A stretch of DNA of 64,000 nt from the human T2T-CHM13v2.0 reference genome, Homo sapiens (GCF_009914755.1 NC_060934.1), one strand, 5' to 3'; numbered from the stretch's first letter, positions 1 through 15,196 are shown. Numbers and translations: made by a program. The notes: generated by a model not told the origin, from the letters alone.

Positions 1-1573
1 CTATGATAACACCCATGTGAGGAGAAGGCCAACTGGGGTTTGGAGAAAACAAAGAGACTTCCCATATCAATTAAGGGTTGGAGAGACTTCTTCCTATCTA
101 ATATATTCATATGGCTTATTTTAGAACTACTTATTTACAGCTTGCAGCAATAAAATTTAAATCATTGAGTTTACAATTTTATTAACACCAGTGGTGAGGA
201 AATCTGAATTACAGGACCAAGTCATGCATTAGGGACTCAACAGACAACTAATTCATAATTTTGTTGATTCAATGTGCAATTTGTTTCCTCCCCTAGATAA
301 AATTTTAATTATTCATTTCTATATAAACTCTGTATTTTAGTAACTGGCAGCAGATATTCACAGCTCTGCAAAGCCACACCCAAAGTAGAAAGTATGTTTG
401 ATGGTGCAACAGGTTGCTCTTAAATGTCCTATTTTTCTATCTCATCTAAAGTGTATAAAGTGTTAACACTCTGATAATCTGTTTATTGTCACCTTCGTCA
501 CAGATATAACAGATAGTCCATTTATCCTTTAAATTTTTTGAAAAAAGCTAAAAGGTAATTTTTAATACAAGGCTTTGTAAAATACATCTAATAATGAACA
601 CTATACCTGATGATTTCACACATTTCTTATCCATTTTAAGAAAATTCTGCAACTATCTTAATGTTTATAAATTTATTTCCAATTGTGTTTGTTAATCAGA
701 GAAGATTTTAAGCAATTATAGCTAATTATAAATCACATTTTACCAGAGTTATCTAATATTGCAGCTTGGTCATTCTGTGTCACAGTAAGATATGTATTAA
801 TTATTTCATTCCTCTCTCATCATGACACAGTACAGTCTGAGACCTGGCTTCAGTCACCACTTTCTCACAATAGAATTTCAGAGTAGCTGGAGTTAATTAA
901 TTTAGATTTGACTGCAGCTTGAGATCATCCTTTCTAAGCCACCCCTTTACCTAGTCTCGGCAGACCAGTATTACCTCATTTACTGTAACGGCATCCTGGA
1001 TATAGAGCGCTGGGTATTGTTTCACCTGTTAACCCTCTCCTCTCAGATCTGCTTGAAAACAATCTCCCAACATGCATGTAACTAGTTAGATTTTCTCCCC
1101 CACAAGTTCTTTCTCATGGAAATCCTTTCCGAGAAAATAAGCCTGTATGCACAGACAGACACACAGACATATTTTGACAGTATAAAATACTTCAACCTCT
1201 CTATGATTTATAAAACTGTGGCCTCCCTGTCTACTGTGTCTTAGAAGCTGACACTATTTCACATTCTTGGGTGCTTCTCTGAACCTGTTATAAAATGCAA
1301 ACATTTGTCTTTGGAATGTTAACTGTAAATAATTGTTGAGATAAACTTTTACAGGGAAGTTTTTTTTTTTTTCATTACCTGTAACTGCATTTTATACTTT
1401 CTCCAAAGAATTCATCCCGCTCTGCAATGTTCCTGGGCAAACAATAAAGCTTTCTAAATGATTGATTGCAATCTGTTTCTCAGAACCACCTATTGAAGTT
1501 TCTCTCTCAGCTCTATAGGAGTATTCCACATACCCCCCTTTAAAACACAAATGTTCTCATTCTCTCTCTCTCC

Positions 1574-1832
1574 ATATATACAAAATATGTATTAGATATA
1601 TTAGATATATATAATATATATAATACATAATATATTAGATATATATAATATATATAATACATAATATATTAGATATATTAGATATACATATTATATATTA
1701 GATATATAATATATAGTATATATTAATTAGATATACTATACACTTTATATTATAAACTATAATCACATAATATACACTATATATTATATATAATAGATAC
1801 ACTTTATATTGTATATATTATATATACACATA
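1574..1832. repeat. Interrupted (TA)n-rich low-complexity tract with a 34-bp tandem unit
   Basis: Almost pure A/T; TTAGAT recurs at 1601, 1635 and 1669 (period 34). Confidence 0.9.
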
Positions 1833-1881
1833 TGCACGGCAGATGTTCACATGCTTAGTAGGAATTAATAATTGTGTTTAT

Positions 1882-2127
1882 GGCTGGGTGCAGTGACTCA
1901 CACCTGTAATCCCAGCACTTTGGGAGGCCGAGACGGGCGGATCACGAGGTCAGAAGTTCAAGACCAGCCTGACCAATATGATGAAAACCACCTGTAGTGC
2001 CAGGTACTCAGGAGGCTGAGGCTCACTTGAACCCGGGAGGCAGAGGTTACAGTGAGCCAAGATTGAGCCACTGCACTGCAGCCTGGGCAACAGATTGAGA
2101 CTCCATCTCAAAAAATAAATTAAAAAA
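1882..2127 (+). mobile_element. AluS (AluSg-like) with about 45-bp internal deletion removing the A-rich linker
   Basis: GGCTGGGTGCAGTG start, A tail, TSD AATAATTGTGTTT (1867-1879 / 2128-2140); ...GAAAACC joins directly to ACCTGTAG. Confidence 0.95.
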
Positions 2128-2456
2128 AATAATTGTGTTTGCAATGATGCTTACGGATCAATTATAGTAGATAAGGGTTGTATTTATACATATAAACTCA
2201 AATGATTAAAGATATAGATTTTAACATTATTCTTGCCCCTTTTATTCATTTTCTCATCAAATAAATCAAACACCTGTTATAATTTTTTCTCTTATCCTTT
2301 CAAAGATATAAAGCCTGAGGCCACTGTTCCAGCTTCCATAGTGACACATGCAAATCAACCAAAAACTTATGGAGCTTCATCATGGTCATCATTTGGCTGG
2401 CATCTATGGTTCCTGAATATTCACAACTCAAATGGGGTTTCTAGTCTTCTATGTCA

Positions 2457-2516
2457 TTTTAGATAATATTTAGATAATATTTTAGATAATATTTTTAGAT
2501 AATATTTAGATAATAT
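2457..2516. repeat. Short tandem repeat, (TAGATAATATT+) x5
   Basis: Five consecutive AGATAATAT units separated by variable T runs. Confidence 0.9.
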
Positions 2517-2929
2517 GTTCATCATTTCTTCAATGGGGCATTAACTTTCTGTAAATGTTGTCAGACATCCTTCTATATGTAATATTACCTGGATTTCAGG
2601 TATTTTAATGGTACAAGTTTATGATTTCTAAAGAAAATAACAAGCATACCAAGACAGGAAGTGAAGGAAATTTTAAAGCCTCTCTGATCTCCTTACTAAT
2701 ATTTTACATTTTCCAGTAATCTGCAACCAATTGTGATATTTTACTTAGATAAATGATTTCTCATGTTTTCTAATAGGCAGCTGTGTTTACTGGCAAGAGC
2801 AACTAGCTGTACTAGCTTTATATGGGAGTTAAAAAGACTACACCTAAACCAACACCTAAATATAATGGTAGCTGGGTTGCTCTAAGGGGAGTAATTAGGG
2901 AGTGGAAATGTACTTAACATAGTGTCTGA

Positions 2930-3316
<387 letters not shown>

Positions 3317-3451
3317 CCAGTGGCTATATTGTTAAAAGCTGATGTTATACATCTATGGATAATTGATTCAGTATCAGATAACACATATTTCTCAAATCCT
3401 ATATTTGCATTTTATATCTTAGCAGATATGTTTCTTTATTCTTTTTCCTTC

Positions 3452-3658
3452 TTTTTTTTTTTTTTTTTGATACAGGGTCTCACTGTTTTGTCCAAGCCAA
3501 AGTACAGTGGCATGATCATGGCTCACTGCATTCTCAACTTCCCTGGGCTCAAGCCATCCTCCTACCTCAGCCTCCTGAGTAGCTGTGACCACAGGTGTGC
3601 ACCACCACTCACAGCTAATTATTTGCATTTTTTGTAGAGACGGGTTTTCACCATGTTG
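3452..3658 (-). mobile_element. AluJ, 5'-truncated
   Basis: Poly-T, ACAGGGTCTCACT, GGGCTCAAGCCATCCTCC (J-type features); ends in the left arm. Confidence 0.9.
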
Positions 3659-5014
3659 TGTTTCTTATTTTTTGACGTTGTTCTGGTGTATTTTGATTTT
3701 CTTTTATTTGTTGGTGCTCTTTGTTTCATTTTCTATATACTGTTAGGTATTTTAAATAAATAGGTATAGGTTATATATAGAGAGAGAAATATAAATAGAT
3801 ACATATCTGTGTGTGTATATATATAATTCTAATATAAATCATGCTATTTAAACAGATAAAATATAAATCTTAAATATAGTAAAGATGTAAATCCCAAGTA
3901 ATGAAGAATGGCATCTTGTTTCTCCTCTTTGATTTACCTGTCAAAGGTTGTACTCTGAAAAAAAAAAAAAAAAACCCTGACAAAGATATTTGAGTAAAGA
4001 AGACATATTTTTCATGAATGAATTTTAATATGATTTTTACCATAATGTCTGCAATTAAATGTTACATGTTTTGTATTTTAAAATCTACATATCAAAAGAG
4101 TAATTCCTAGAAACTATAAAGATAATTATTAAGGACAAACAATTTCAATAAAAATAGAAGTAAGAATTGGCATACAACAGAAAGACAGTTACAGGTGCCA
4201 AGAATTATATTATAGGCAGGATTTAAACTAAATTGGTTCAATGCTGGGATAAGAAGGCTAATATAGACATAAAAAATAATGAAGTTTGGTAAGGAAATCA
4301 GCTTCTAAAATTGCCATCTCAACTTTAAACATCTAGAGTGACCTTATGCCAATGTTCAATTTTATTTAAATATTGTTTTGATCAGAAGCATATGTTTAAA
4401 ATTTATTTAAAGAAAAATATTTCCAAACATTTTTTGTTTTCATTATCAGAAATAATTTGTCATAAAGCATAAACGTATTTTTCATTTTTGCTAAAACAAA
4501 TTAAAAACATAAAGACAAACTTGCTATTTTTGTAAAAGTCTCACTCCATATATGAATTTTCAGGAGATTTAATTCAATTTCAAATAGAAGAAGCCAAGCC
4601 AAACAGCAGAGAGATGAATATCTGCCAGTCGTAATGACGGACTTCTTATGTGAGGCTTTACCTTTGAGTGCTTCAGGACACTGGCATAACTCGGCACCTT
4701 AACTCATGAATGGACAAAGTTTAACTATCATGATCAGTAAATGCTGCACACAACAGATATTTCAGAGCTTCTTAAAACTAAATAACTTAATAGCTAATAG
4801 CAACTAAAATCAATTACTAATTTAAAAACAGTAGTATATTTCAATTTTCATTGGTGCTCACTTCCATATTTTTAACTGTCATCATATTGTGAGCTAACTA
4901 AATGTGATTAGTGATCATATTCAAATGTTTAAAGAAAATTGTGTAAGAGTTTCAGAGCATAATACTGTTCAAGCATTTCAAACCTGCCTATAAAAAAAAA
5001 AGACAAAAACAAAA

Positions 5015-5271
5015 CATATTCTCACTCACAGGTGGGAATTGAACAATGAGAACACATGGACACAGGAAGGGGAACATCACACTCTGGGGACTGTTGCGGG
5101 GTGGGGGGAGGGGGGAGGGATAGCATTGGGAGATATACCTAATGCTAGATGATGAGTTAGTGGGTGCAGCGCACCAGCATGGCACATGTATACATATGTA
5201 ACTAACCTGCACATTGCGCACATGTACCCTAAAACTTAAAGTATAATAATAATAAATAAATAAATAATTTA
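5015..5271 (+). mobile_element. Young L1 3' end (L1PA2/L1PA3-like), severely 5'-truncated
   Basis: L1 3'UTR CATATTCTCACTC...GGGAGATATACCTAATGCTAGATGATGAGTTAGTGGGTGCAGCGCACC...AAAACTTAAAGTATAAT; GAG (not ACA/ACG) at the L1Hs diagnostic site; TSD AAAAACAAAAC(A) at 5005 and 5272. Confidence 0.93.
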
Positions 5272-5495
5272 AAAAACAAAACAGTAACAAAACAGGTCTT
5301 CATCTGAACCACATACTATCCTTAAAACACATCATAATTAGGTAGCCAAATGTTGCTTGGGGGATAAAATCAAACTTCCAAAAATTCCTAAAAGCTCTTT
5401 GTTCTTTTTTAAAAAAATTCTGAAAATTAATTACGCATGGTTTTCATCTGTTTATGCAAACCATCAGACTGATCTGTGAAAGGGGGTATTTGATC

Positions 5496-5813
<318 letters not shown>

Positions 5814-5865
5814 TTGATATTTCAAAATGTTGAAAAAGTTGTTATTTGAACAAAGAAGCTATACT

Positions 5866-5920
5866 TGTGTGCAGTGTGTGTGTGCGTGTGTGTGTGTGTA
5901 TACATGTGGACATGTGTGTA
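5866..5920. repeat. Imperfect (TG)n microsatellite
   Basis: tgtgtgcagtgtgtgtgtgcgtgtgtgtgtgtgta... Confidence 0.85.
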
Positions 5921-5950
5921 CATAGCCTATTTTAAAAAGTAACATATTCT

Positions 5951-6314
<364 letters not shown>

Positions 6315-7078
6315 TTACTCAATTCTAGTAATGAAAGATATTAATATTAACTGTTAATACTTTGATAGATTTCCCAGTATTTATGTAATATATTCTCTCT
6401 ATATGTTCACTCAGTGTAGTGTGTATCTGTGTATTTGTATGTGTATATGTGTATGTGTCTGTGTATAAATATATAAGTGTATATATATATATATATACTG
6501 TGCATAGGTAGTTATTTTCTTTATCCACAGATTAATACTATAATACTGTATTTACCAAGTTACATAAAGTTTATCATTTAGTTTACATACTTTAAAATAT
6601 TTTTACAAATCCCCTAATTTTCCTTACTTTTTTCTCATATATCTATATCATATATATATCATATATATGAGAAAAAAATATGTATATATAGATTGAGAGA
6701 GAGAGAGAATGTTCAGATTGAGGACAGTTTTATAGCTGTATTTAAGAATATAGGCTATAGTTTAAACCCATTACAAATGCTGAGTAATAATTTAAGAGAT
6801 GTTAGAGCTATCTAATAATTTTTTCATATAGTTCAAATTCAAAATTCTTCATAGCTTCACTTACATTTTGGCTGTGAAAATCAAAACCTAAAATAGGAAC
6901 CAAACGTACTCATATTGGTAATACAGAGCATGTTATTACCCAGAAGTGTTTAAAAGTAACAAGACATGCAATCTGTTTGGCTTGGGATTTCAGCATCTAA
7001 ATCTGAATGGACCACACTCCCAGCTGTGTGCCCTGCTAGTCACTGATGGTCCCTTAAAGCAGGTGCTGTGATCTGTTA

Positions 7079-7312
<234 letters not shown>

Positions 7313-8004
7313 TCATCAGCATGGCTTTACCATGAAACTAAAAATTTCAGATACAAAATAATGTGTTATGTTTATTCATATTTTTCAAAACACAGAATTA
7401 ATAATAAATGGTTGAAAATTCACTTCTACATAAATTATCAGACTATTCAGAAAAAAGTGTTTCTCAAGCTTTTTTTCTTCAAAAGTAAACTTAAATTTAT
7501 GAATTATAGGTTATTTATGATCATGAAATAGAACATTTATTCCCGTTCTGACATAATATCACATATTACAGAAGCATAGGAGCCTCCAGGAAAAATTCTG
7601 AGACTCATATTAACAGAAATAAGCAGAAATTATTTATTTTACTTAAAGAAAAAGTCATTTTATAATATTGCTTTGGATTTTTATTTCATAATGCTACAGC
7701 TTTGACCAGTATAATTTCATATTAAAACATTTATCAAATAAATAGACAGCAGTGTCCCGTGATTCCCAATTTTGGATATCTGTCCTCAGACCTTATCATA
7801 ATGCTTTCTCTGCTGTATGCGTTAACAACCCCCATCAATTTTCTATACTCGCCCTATAAACTTCAATGTACAGATACAGTTATTTAGCCAGAAAGAACTT
7901 CAGTGCACCTAGAGGTGAATAAGCTAAAGGAAACTGAAGAGGGTCAAATATTAAAGAAAAGAGATGACTGGGGAAGATCACTAAAAGCTTTCAAAGGGAA
8001 TGAA

Positions 8005-8125
8005 TCTTTGCCTACAAAGAGCAAATCAGATTGGCATCAGACTTCTCATCCACAGCACTATGTACAGCCCTCAATATAGGGTTGAATCTATAAGGAAATG
8101 TCTTCAAAGCTCTAAGGAAACTTTG
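8005..8125 (+). mobile_element. Ancient L1M/HAL1 ORF1-like fragment
   Basis: ATCAGATTGGCATCAGACTTCTCA...GTCTTCAAAGCTCTAAGGAAA resembles the conserved L1 ORF1 3' segment. Confidence 0.5.
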
Positions 8126-8501
8126 TAAACTTATGCTTGAGCAGCAATGTTTTAATAGTATAACATTATATCACTTCTGTGGTGCCAGATGCACATCTTG
8201 ATTTTACAATATATGACGTATCAAGACCTGAGCATTAGTCTTCAACTTTTGGAGTCAATATACACAAAGCACGAAAAGCTTAATTAGGGCGGCAGCATGG
8301 AATGTACATAACACAAAGCCTGAGTGTTAGCGTAGGAAACAGAAGTTGGGAGGCGGATTGGGAGGAAAATTACAGAAAAAAGGGATATATTAGGTATATT
8401 ATTTGCAGTTATAAAACTAGCCAAAGTTTTTTTGTACTTTTTTTTTTACATTTTAAAATGTGACAGAAATTAGAACCTAGAAAAAGAAATATCCCATGTG
8501 A

Positions 8502-8933
<432 letters not shown>

Positions 8934-9762
8934 TAACTGAGGAGGAGAGTTGTAGGGTCTTCACTTACAATTCTAGGTAGATACAAACAAAGAACCAACA
9001 ATGGTCATTTCCTGGGTGAGACTGAAGAGCCAAATGTCATATGAAACTGACATTCATTCACTCTTTACTTTGTATTATTTTGTTCATTTTTAAGCAAATA
9101 AAAATAAAATCCTTTGTAATCACTTTGCAATTAATGAAACCATTGTTGAAACAAATTTTATTAAAATAAAATCATTAGTAAATAATTACAAAAACAAAAC
9201 AATGAAATTACCACTTAAAGTAAATTCAGGAGTTTCTAGTCTTGGCTTTCCCTCTCACAGTCTTTGATAATGGACAGATAACCTAATCTCTTAAACCTCA
9301 ATTATTTTTTAAAAATAAGGATATTTATACCACCCTCATACTCTGTATCATCATGAACAGTGATGTGTGATAAATGAAGAGTGTTTAATAAATAGAAGCC
9401 TAGGACACATGTAAAGAAAGTCATGGAAAATACAGCCTTTTGGTAAGGAATTATGGCAATAATAATATTTAATTTTGTTTCTCATTTTGTAAGTAGATTC
9501 ATAGTGTTAATTTGGAAATTTCAAAATTGCTATTATCAAGTGGAGAGCATGGAGTGTTAGATCTTATATTTTAATAAAAAGGAGAGAATAGAGTTTAATT
9601 TCTAGCTGTTATATTTAATTACCAAAGGGAACAGAAATTCATAATTTGCTTCCCAAATTCTCTGCTCTTTATTTTACTTTTATTATGTTAGTTTTGTGAA
9701 GTATTTTGATCAGGCTCAAGGCTTTTGCTCAGGAATGTGGATTGACATTTGGAGTACAGTGA

Positions 9763-10073
<311 letters not shown>

Positions 10074-10270
10074 TCATCTCCAACTTTTATTTAACATTTA
10101 CAAAACATAATTATCGATAATTTATCAGAACATCTAGATTCAGGTTCCAGCATGGCCATTTGCAAGCTCCATGATTTGGGGGAAAGACATTTAAGCTGTT
10201 TTGAATTGAGGGTTCTTCATATTATAACAGAGGGGGGAAAACATGGTGATCTCATCTGCGTCATAGCATT

Positions 10271-10678
10271 TTACACAGTTTGGATATTTTTCCCTGCCCA
10301 AATCTCATGTTGAATTGTAATCCCCAGTGTTAGGGGTGGGACCTGGTGGGAGGTGTTTGGATCCTGGGGGCAGATCCCTCATGGCTAGGTGCTGTCTTGT
10401 CCATAATAAGTGAGTTCTCCTGAGATCTGGTTGTTGTAAAGTGTGCCACCTGCCCCCACCCACTCTCTCTCTTGCTCCTTCCCTGCCTTGTGAGATACCT
10501 GCTCCCTCTTCACATTCTGCCATGAGTAAAAGCTACCAGAGGCCCCGCAAGAAGCCGAGCAGATGCCGGTGTCATGCTTGCATAGCCTGCAGAACCATGA
10601 GCCAAATAAACCTCTTTTCTTTGTCAATTACCCAGCCTCAGATGTTTCCTTACAGCAATGCAAGAATGGCCTAACACA
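10271..10678 (+). mobile_element. MST (MSTB-like) solo LTR, ERVL-MaLR
   Basis: GTTTGGATATT...AAATCTCATGTTGAATTGTAATCCCCAGTGTT...GAGCCAAATAAACCTCTTTTC...CTAACACA; 5-bp TSD GCATT on both sides. Confidence 0.92.
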
Positions 10679-11109
10679 GCATTTTTTGTAAAAGTCAATT
10701 ATAACAATTCAAAATAATGTCTAAATATAAATTTATATCCAAATATATGATTTCAGAATCTGAATGGTTTTAAATATTCAAGATCTTCATATTACAACAG
10801 TGACTATGTCAGAAAAGTATCACACCTTTAGAATCATAAAGGGAATTATTTAGTTGTGGTTACTTTAGCTATTCATGTTATTGCTGTTACAATTGCTTGA
10901 GTTCATCTTAGTGGTCTTGGAGGTCTTAAGAGAACACATTGCTTTGAAGATAAGCAGCAAAAGGTATATTTTCTCTATTTCACAGTGTTGCCAATATCTG
11001 TAAGGGACTGGCCTCTAAGGTCAGTGGTGTTTATAAAAATATTTTAGCAAGGTTTCTTTCTACATGTTAAGATATAACTATAATCCACATAAATTATGTT
11101 TGCCAGGGT

Positions 11110-11260
11110 GTTAAACTGGGATTTCTGGGTCTTTGAATCTAGCCCCATGTCTTCTCAATACATCTGTGCCTCTGGACCACTCACTTAACTCTTCTGTCTC
11201 AGTTTCCTTCCTCATCTGTTAACTGAAAAGCCTACTAAATGATCCAAAGTTTATTTTACC
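11110..11260 (+). mobile_element. MIR-family fragment
   Basis: TCACTTAACTCTTCTGTCTCAGTTTCCT..CTCATCTGT core. Confidence 0.6.
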
Positions 11261-13134
11261 TTAAAAAATATCTTTTTCTGTAATACTTAGTTTCACATCA
11301 TAAATAATCTTATCTTAGGTCATATCGTATATTTCAATTTATGCCTAAGAGAAAGAACCAAGCTAAATTAAAACAGCTGGAGATTCCATTAATCTAACAT
11401 ATATCTTAATAATTTCAGATTCAAGCTGCTAATTCTGCCATTAGAGTTAAAATTTCAAAAAAAAGATAAATCCATCAGAGACAATTAATTAAAATGGAGC
11501 AGATACAGGGTTAACGAAACTCTATAAATCAAATGGCCTCTTACTTTCCCTTAGAAACAAATAAATTACTTTTTCAGAGTACAACCCCTACTTTTTTAAG
11601 TAGTGTCAAATGTAATTTTTTTTTGGAGATCTCATTAAGCACTTTAGGAGAAATTCCTGGTGATATTGTTGACCAAACAAAGCCAGACTTTACTGTCCTT
11701 TTATGAGCTTTGCCATTGGTCAACTGTATATGCAAGATCACTCTTCTTGATATTTATCAGGTAACAATAGGTAATACACTTTCTGACATAAAATAAGAAA
11801 ATCACCTTTGGTTTCTGACTTGGGCTTCAAATTTTTAGGAAGAGGGAGGTACAAAAGAAAGATGTCTGGAAGAAGCCTTTAGAAAGAACAGGACTATTTC
11901 ATAATACTCTCTCTTGTTTAGGGCAATTTATGGATTTAACCTTCTCTTTGATATTTTCACCCAGAAAAAAAGTTATAATGAAAGTTTCTCCACTGAGATG
12001 TTTTTTGGATTATTTGTGTGATGTTAAAAATGTACGCTATGCACATTAAATCTTAAATCCTTATCTAACAGACTAAGATTGGCATAATATATTGACCAAC
12101 ATAGGCCTGAATAACCTAAAATAGCTACACATTCTGGCAAGTAAAGAGTCCTGAGCTAAAATAAATTACAAGACCCCATTACCTTAAAAAGGCAATGGAA
12201 AAATAACCTATAGCCTAGAATATGTGTGATGCTGGAATAATAAAAATAAGTAAAAATAACAAAATATCTACGTGACTCATGAGAGTCTTTAAATAAACGT
12301 TTATTTCTTCCACTAAAAGTGATGTTTAGTGTCAAAGGGATTATTTATTCAGCCTTAGCTATTAATTATCCATTAGTGTTCAAATATTTCTACCAAACTC
12401 TAAAATTGAGTAGTTGACATTTTTGAGTCTAATATATAAAATTTATATATAATTATCTCTTTTATATACGGAACAGTAGTTCATACATATCAAACATAGG
12501 CACACAGACTTCAAAAGCTCTCCTCAGCTCACATGTGTGAGGATGTTGTTACAGTTGGAATCCCTATTGTAGGGCACCTAACAGCAGAATTCAGTGCCAT
12601 CCACTATAAATATTGTGTAATACACAGCTAATGCTGTGTACTGATGTACATTCACATACATAAATAATTCTGGCTATGTAAATCAACCAAGAATCTGTGA
12701 TAGGGCAATCATCAGAGGTTTCTAAAATGAAGTTTTATGGAAAGTGTAAACATTGAAGGTAAATCCATGGGGGTCTTATTATATTAAGCATAAAGTCAAC
12801 TCTAAGATGGGATTTGAGGGCATCTTCTCAATCCAATGTCTATGTTCTGTACAAGTTTACCATTTTACATCCATTCTGTGTGTTCCTCACCCCATACCCT
12901 TTTACTTTTTATGTCTGCCCAAGGGAAATAAATATTAGACTGAGTTATTCTTGGTTTAGCTGTTAAATGATCCCAAGAAAAGGCAGGATCTAGATTGATC
13001 TAAAAGCCCTTGGGATCTTGGTTAAACAGGGAGGTACTAGAAAGAAAGATTCTCTGTGGAATTTTACCGTAATTCCTGAACAGACTAACAGACCTTGCAT
13101 TCTGACAATTTTTCCAAGAGAAATTAGTCTCTTT

Positions 13135-13375
13135 TATATTGAGCAACTGCTAAGTGCCAGCCTTTATTCTTAGCACATTTACTTCATTATCTCATTTAAT
13201 AATAAGAATACTCTTAAGAGCTGAGGAATTATTCTCATCTTTTTTATGCAAAAACACAAGTGCAAGAGACTAATGAGATTTCCAAAGTCATACAAATGAT
13301 ACATGATGAAGCACAGATTTTACCAGGTATAATTTAATACTAAAGATGATACTATTTCCACCATGCCATACTGCA
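13135..13375 (-). mobile_element. MIR fragment
   Basis: ATTGAGCAACTGCTAAGTGCCAG...ATTATCTCATTTAAT...CCAAAGTCATACA, matching reverse-complement MIR. Confidence 0.65.
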
Positions 13376-14539
13376 CTATAGGCATTAGAAAGTCAGAATT
13401 TTTTCTGGTCTTAGCTTGAGTAGTTATGGGACTTTGGGTAAGGCAAACAGGGCAGAGGCCATGGCTGTTTCATTTACGACTTTGAGTGAGTGCTCTGTAA
13501 ACATCTGAAAATAAATTAGTCATTTAGCCATACTGAGCTTTTGTAATCAACTATTAAGGGGTGTTTTGGCCTATATCTGAGGATCGTTGTGAAAATCAAA
13601 TATTATACAGCATAGAAAAGCAGACTCAAAAATTCATAAAATAACATATGAACATAAGACGTGGTATTTATTTATTTATTACTGACAGGAGCAAATTTAA
13701 GGGGAAATGATATATTTGTAGCAAAAAAAAAAAATCACCACGATCATATATTTAGAGCAAGCCTTGCTAATCCTGAGGAAAACATATAGCTTTTTTTTTT
13801 TATCATATTGTAGACTTGAATTAACTGAATGCTGGAAGATTTACACATGGGCAGGATAAGAAGAAAACTATTCAGATATGGAAATACTTGTCTTAGCTTA
13901 AAACATGAAAGGAAACGCCACTAAAATGACAAAAGGAATACAAACATTTATAAATCCATTGTCACAAGGAGAATGAAAATAGAGACAATAATTTGGAAGA
14001 GATGACAACAGGTAGAGAGATGGAAAACAAATGGAGATGTGAAATGGACCAAGGAGAGCCCAAGAAGCCAAAAGAAAGGAAACCAACAAGTAGAAAGGTG
14101 ATTTGCTACCTCGGACCCTCTGAAAATGTAGGAATTAACGACCAAGATGCAGCTAAAACATGAGGCATTATTGGAACTATCTTGGACAAGCAATTGGACC
14201 TCAGATCCCCTCCTCTACCCAGTACAAGGCAAGATATTTTCTCTCTGAAGAGTTTTAATCATATTCTTTGGAAAAGAGAATTACTGACCTAGCTCAGGGT
14301 GGAAATGTCCTCCTCCCTGTCTACTGAAAGCATGATGGCAGGAAGGGAAGGACAACCTGCTTACGATCCTTCTGCTTAGCTACTGGCTGCAGGTAGCCAG
14401 GGTTATATCCACCAGATTAGACAATTTCCTAGAGGTCGTCTGACTGCCTTAAAAGATAAGATATCAGACGATGATATTTTGCTGTTGGAAGTACTCTGCA
14501 AAGACCCAACCCATCAGAATTTGGCAAACACCAAACTCA

Positions 14540-15196
14540 TGCACAGAACTTCCAATGAGCAGAAACACTTCAGCATGAAAGACAGAAGCCAAAATAAACA
14601 GAACAGAAGTCAAAGGAAGAAGAGAAAAAGAGAGAACAGAAGAAAACTTCTAAGAAACTATATCATCTTCAGAGAGATAAAAAGAAATTACATCCATGAG
14701 AAAGGAACAGAGTCTTGAAAAACAAAACAAAAACAGAAATGAACATTCAAAGAACAAAAAGGAGTCCATAGAGATTAAAAATGTCACAAAAGGCTAGCAA
14801 TGAATAGAAGGATGAGAAAATAGTGTTTAGAATTTCTGCAGGACTAAACAAAATAATAATAGAAAATAAGACAGAGGAGATAGAAATCAATAAGAAAATC
14901 AATCAATCCAGAATGAAAAATATGTGACTAATGGATATTCTAATGGACTAATAGAACAAAATGACTAATAGAAGTTCCAGGCAGAGAAAGTAGAGGTGAG
15001 AACGTCAAAAAATTATACAATAGTATTTCCCAGAATGAAAAGACACAATTTTACAGCATGAAAACACCACCAAATATTCCCCAATGCAAGTGTGGGAGAA
15101 AGGGGACTCATACTAAAACACACCTTTGGAAATATCAAAACACCAAACAAAAATAGAAGATTCAAAAAGCTTCAAAATTTTTAAAAAGTCACATAC
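14540..15196 (+). mobile_element. HAL1/L1M ORF1-like ancient LINE fragment
   Basis: Strongly A-rich; TCAGAGAGATAAAA...CATCCATGA...GAACATTCAAAGAACAA...GATTAAAAATG and ATAGAAGTTCCAG, TTTCCCAGAA resemble HAL1/L1 ORF1. Confidence 0.55.

Noticed and set aside
11656-11761. Hammerhead ribozyme or Y RNA identity for the three-stem fold
   Set aside because: No correctly placed CUGANGA/GAAA core on either strand, and no Y RNA terminal stem sequence.
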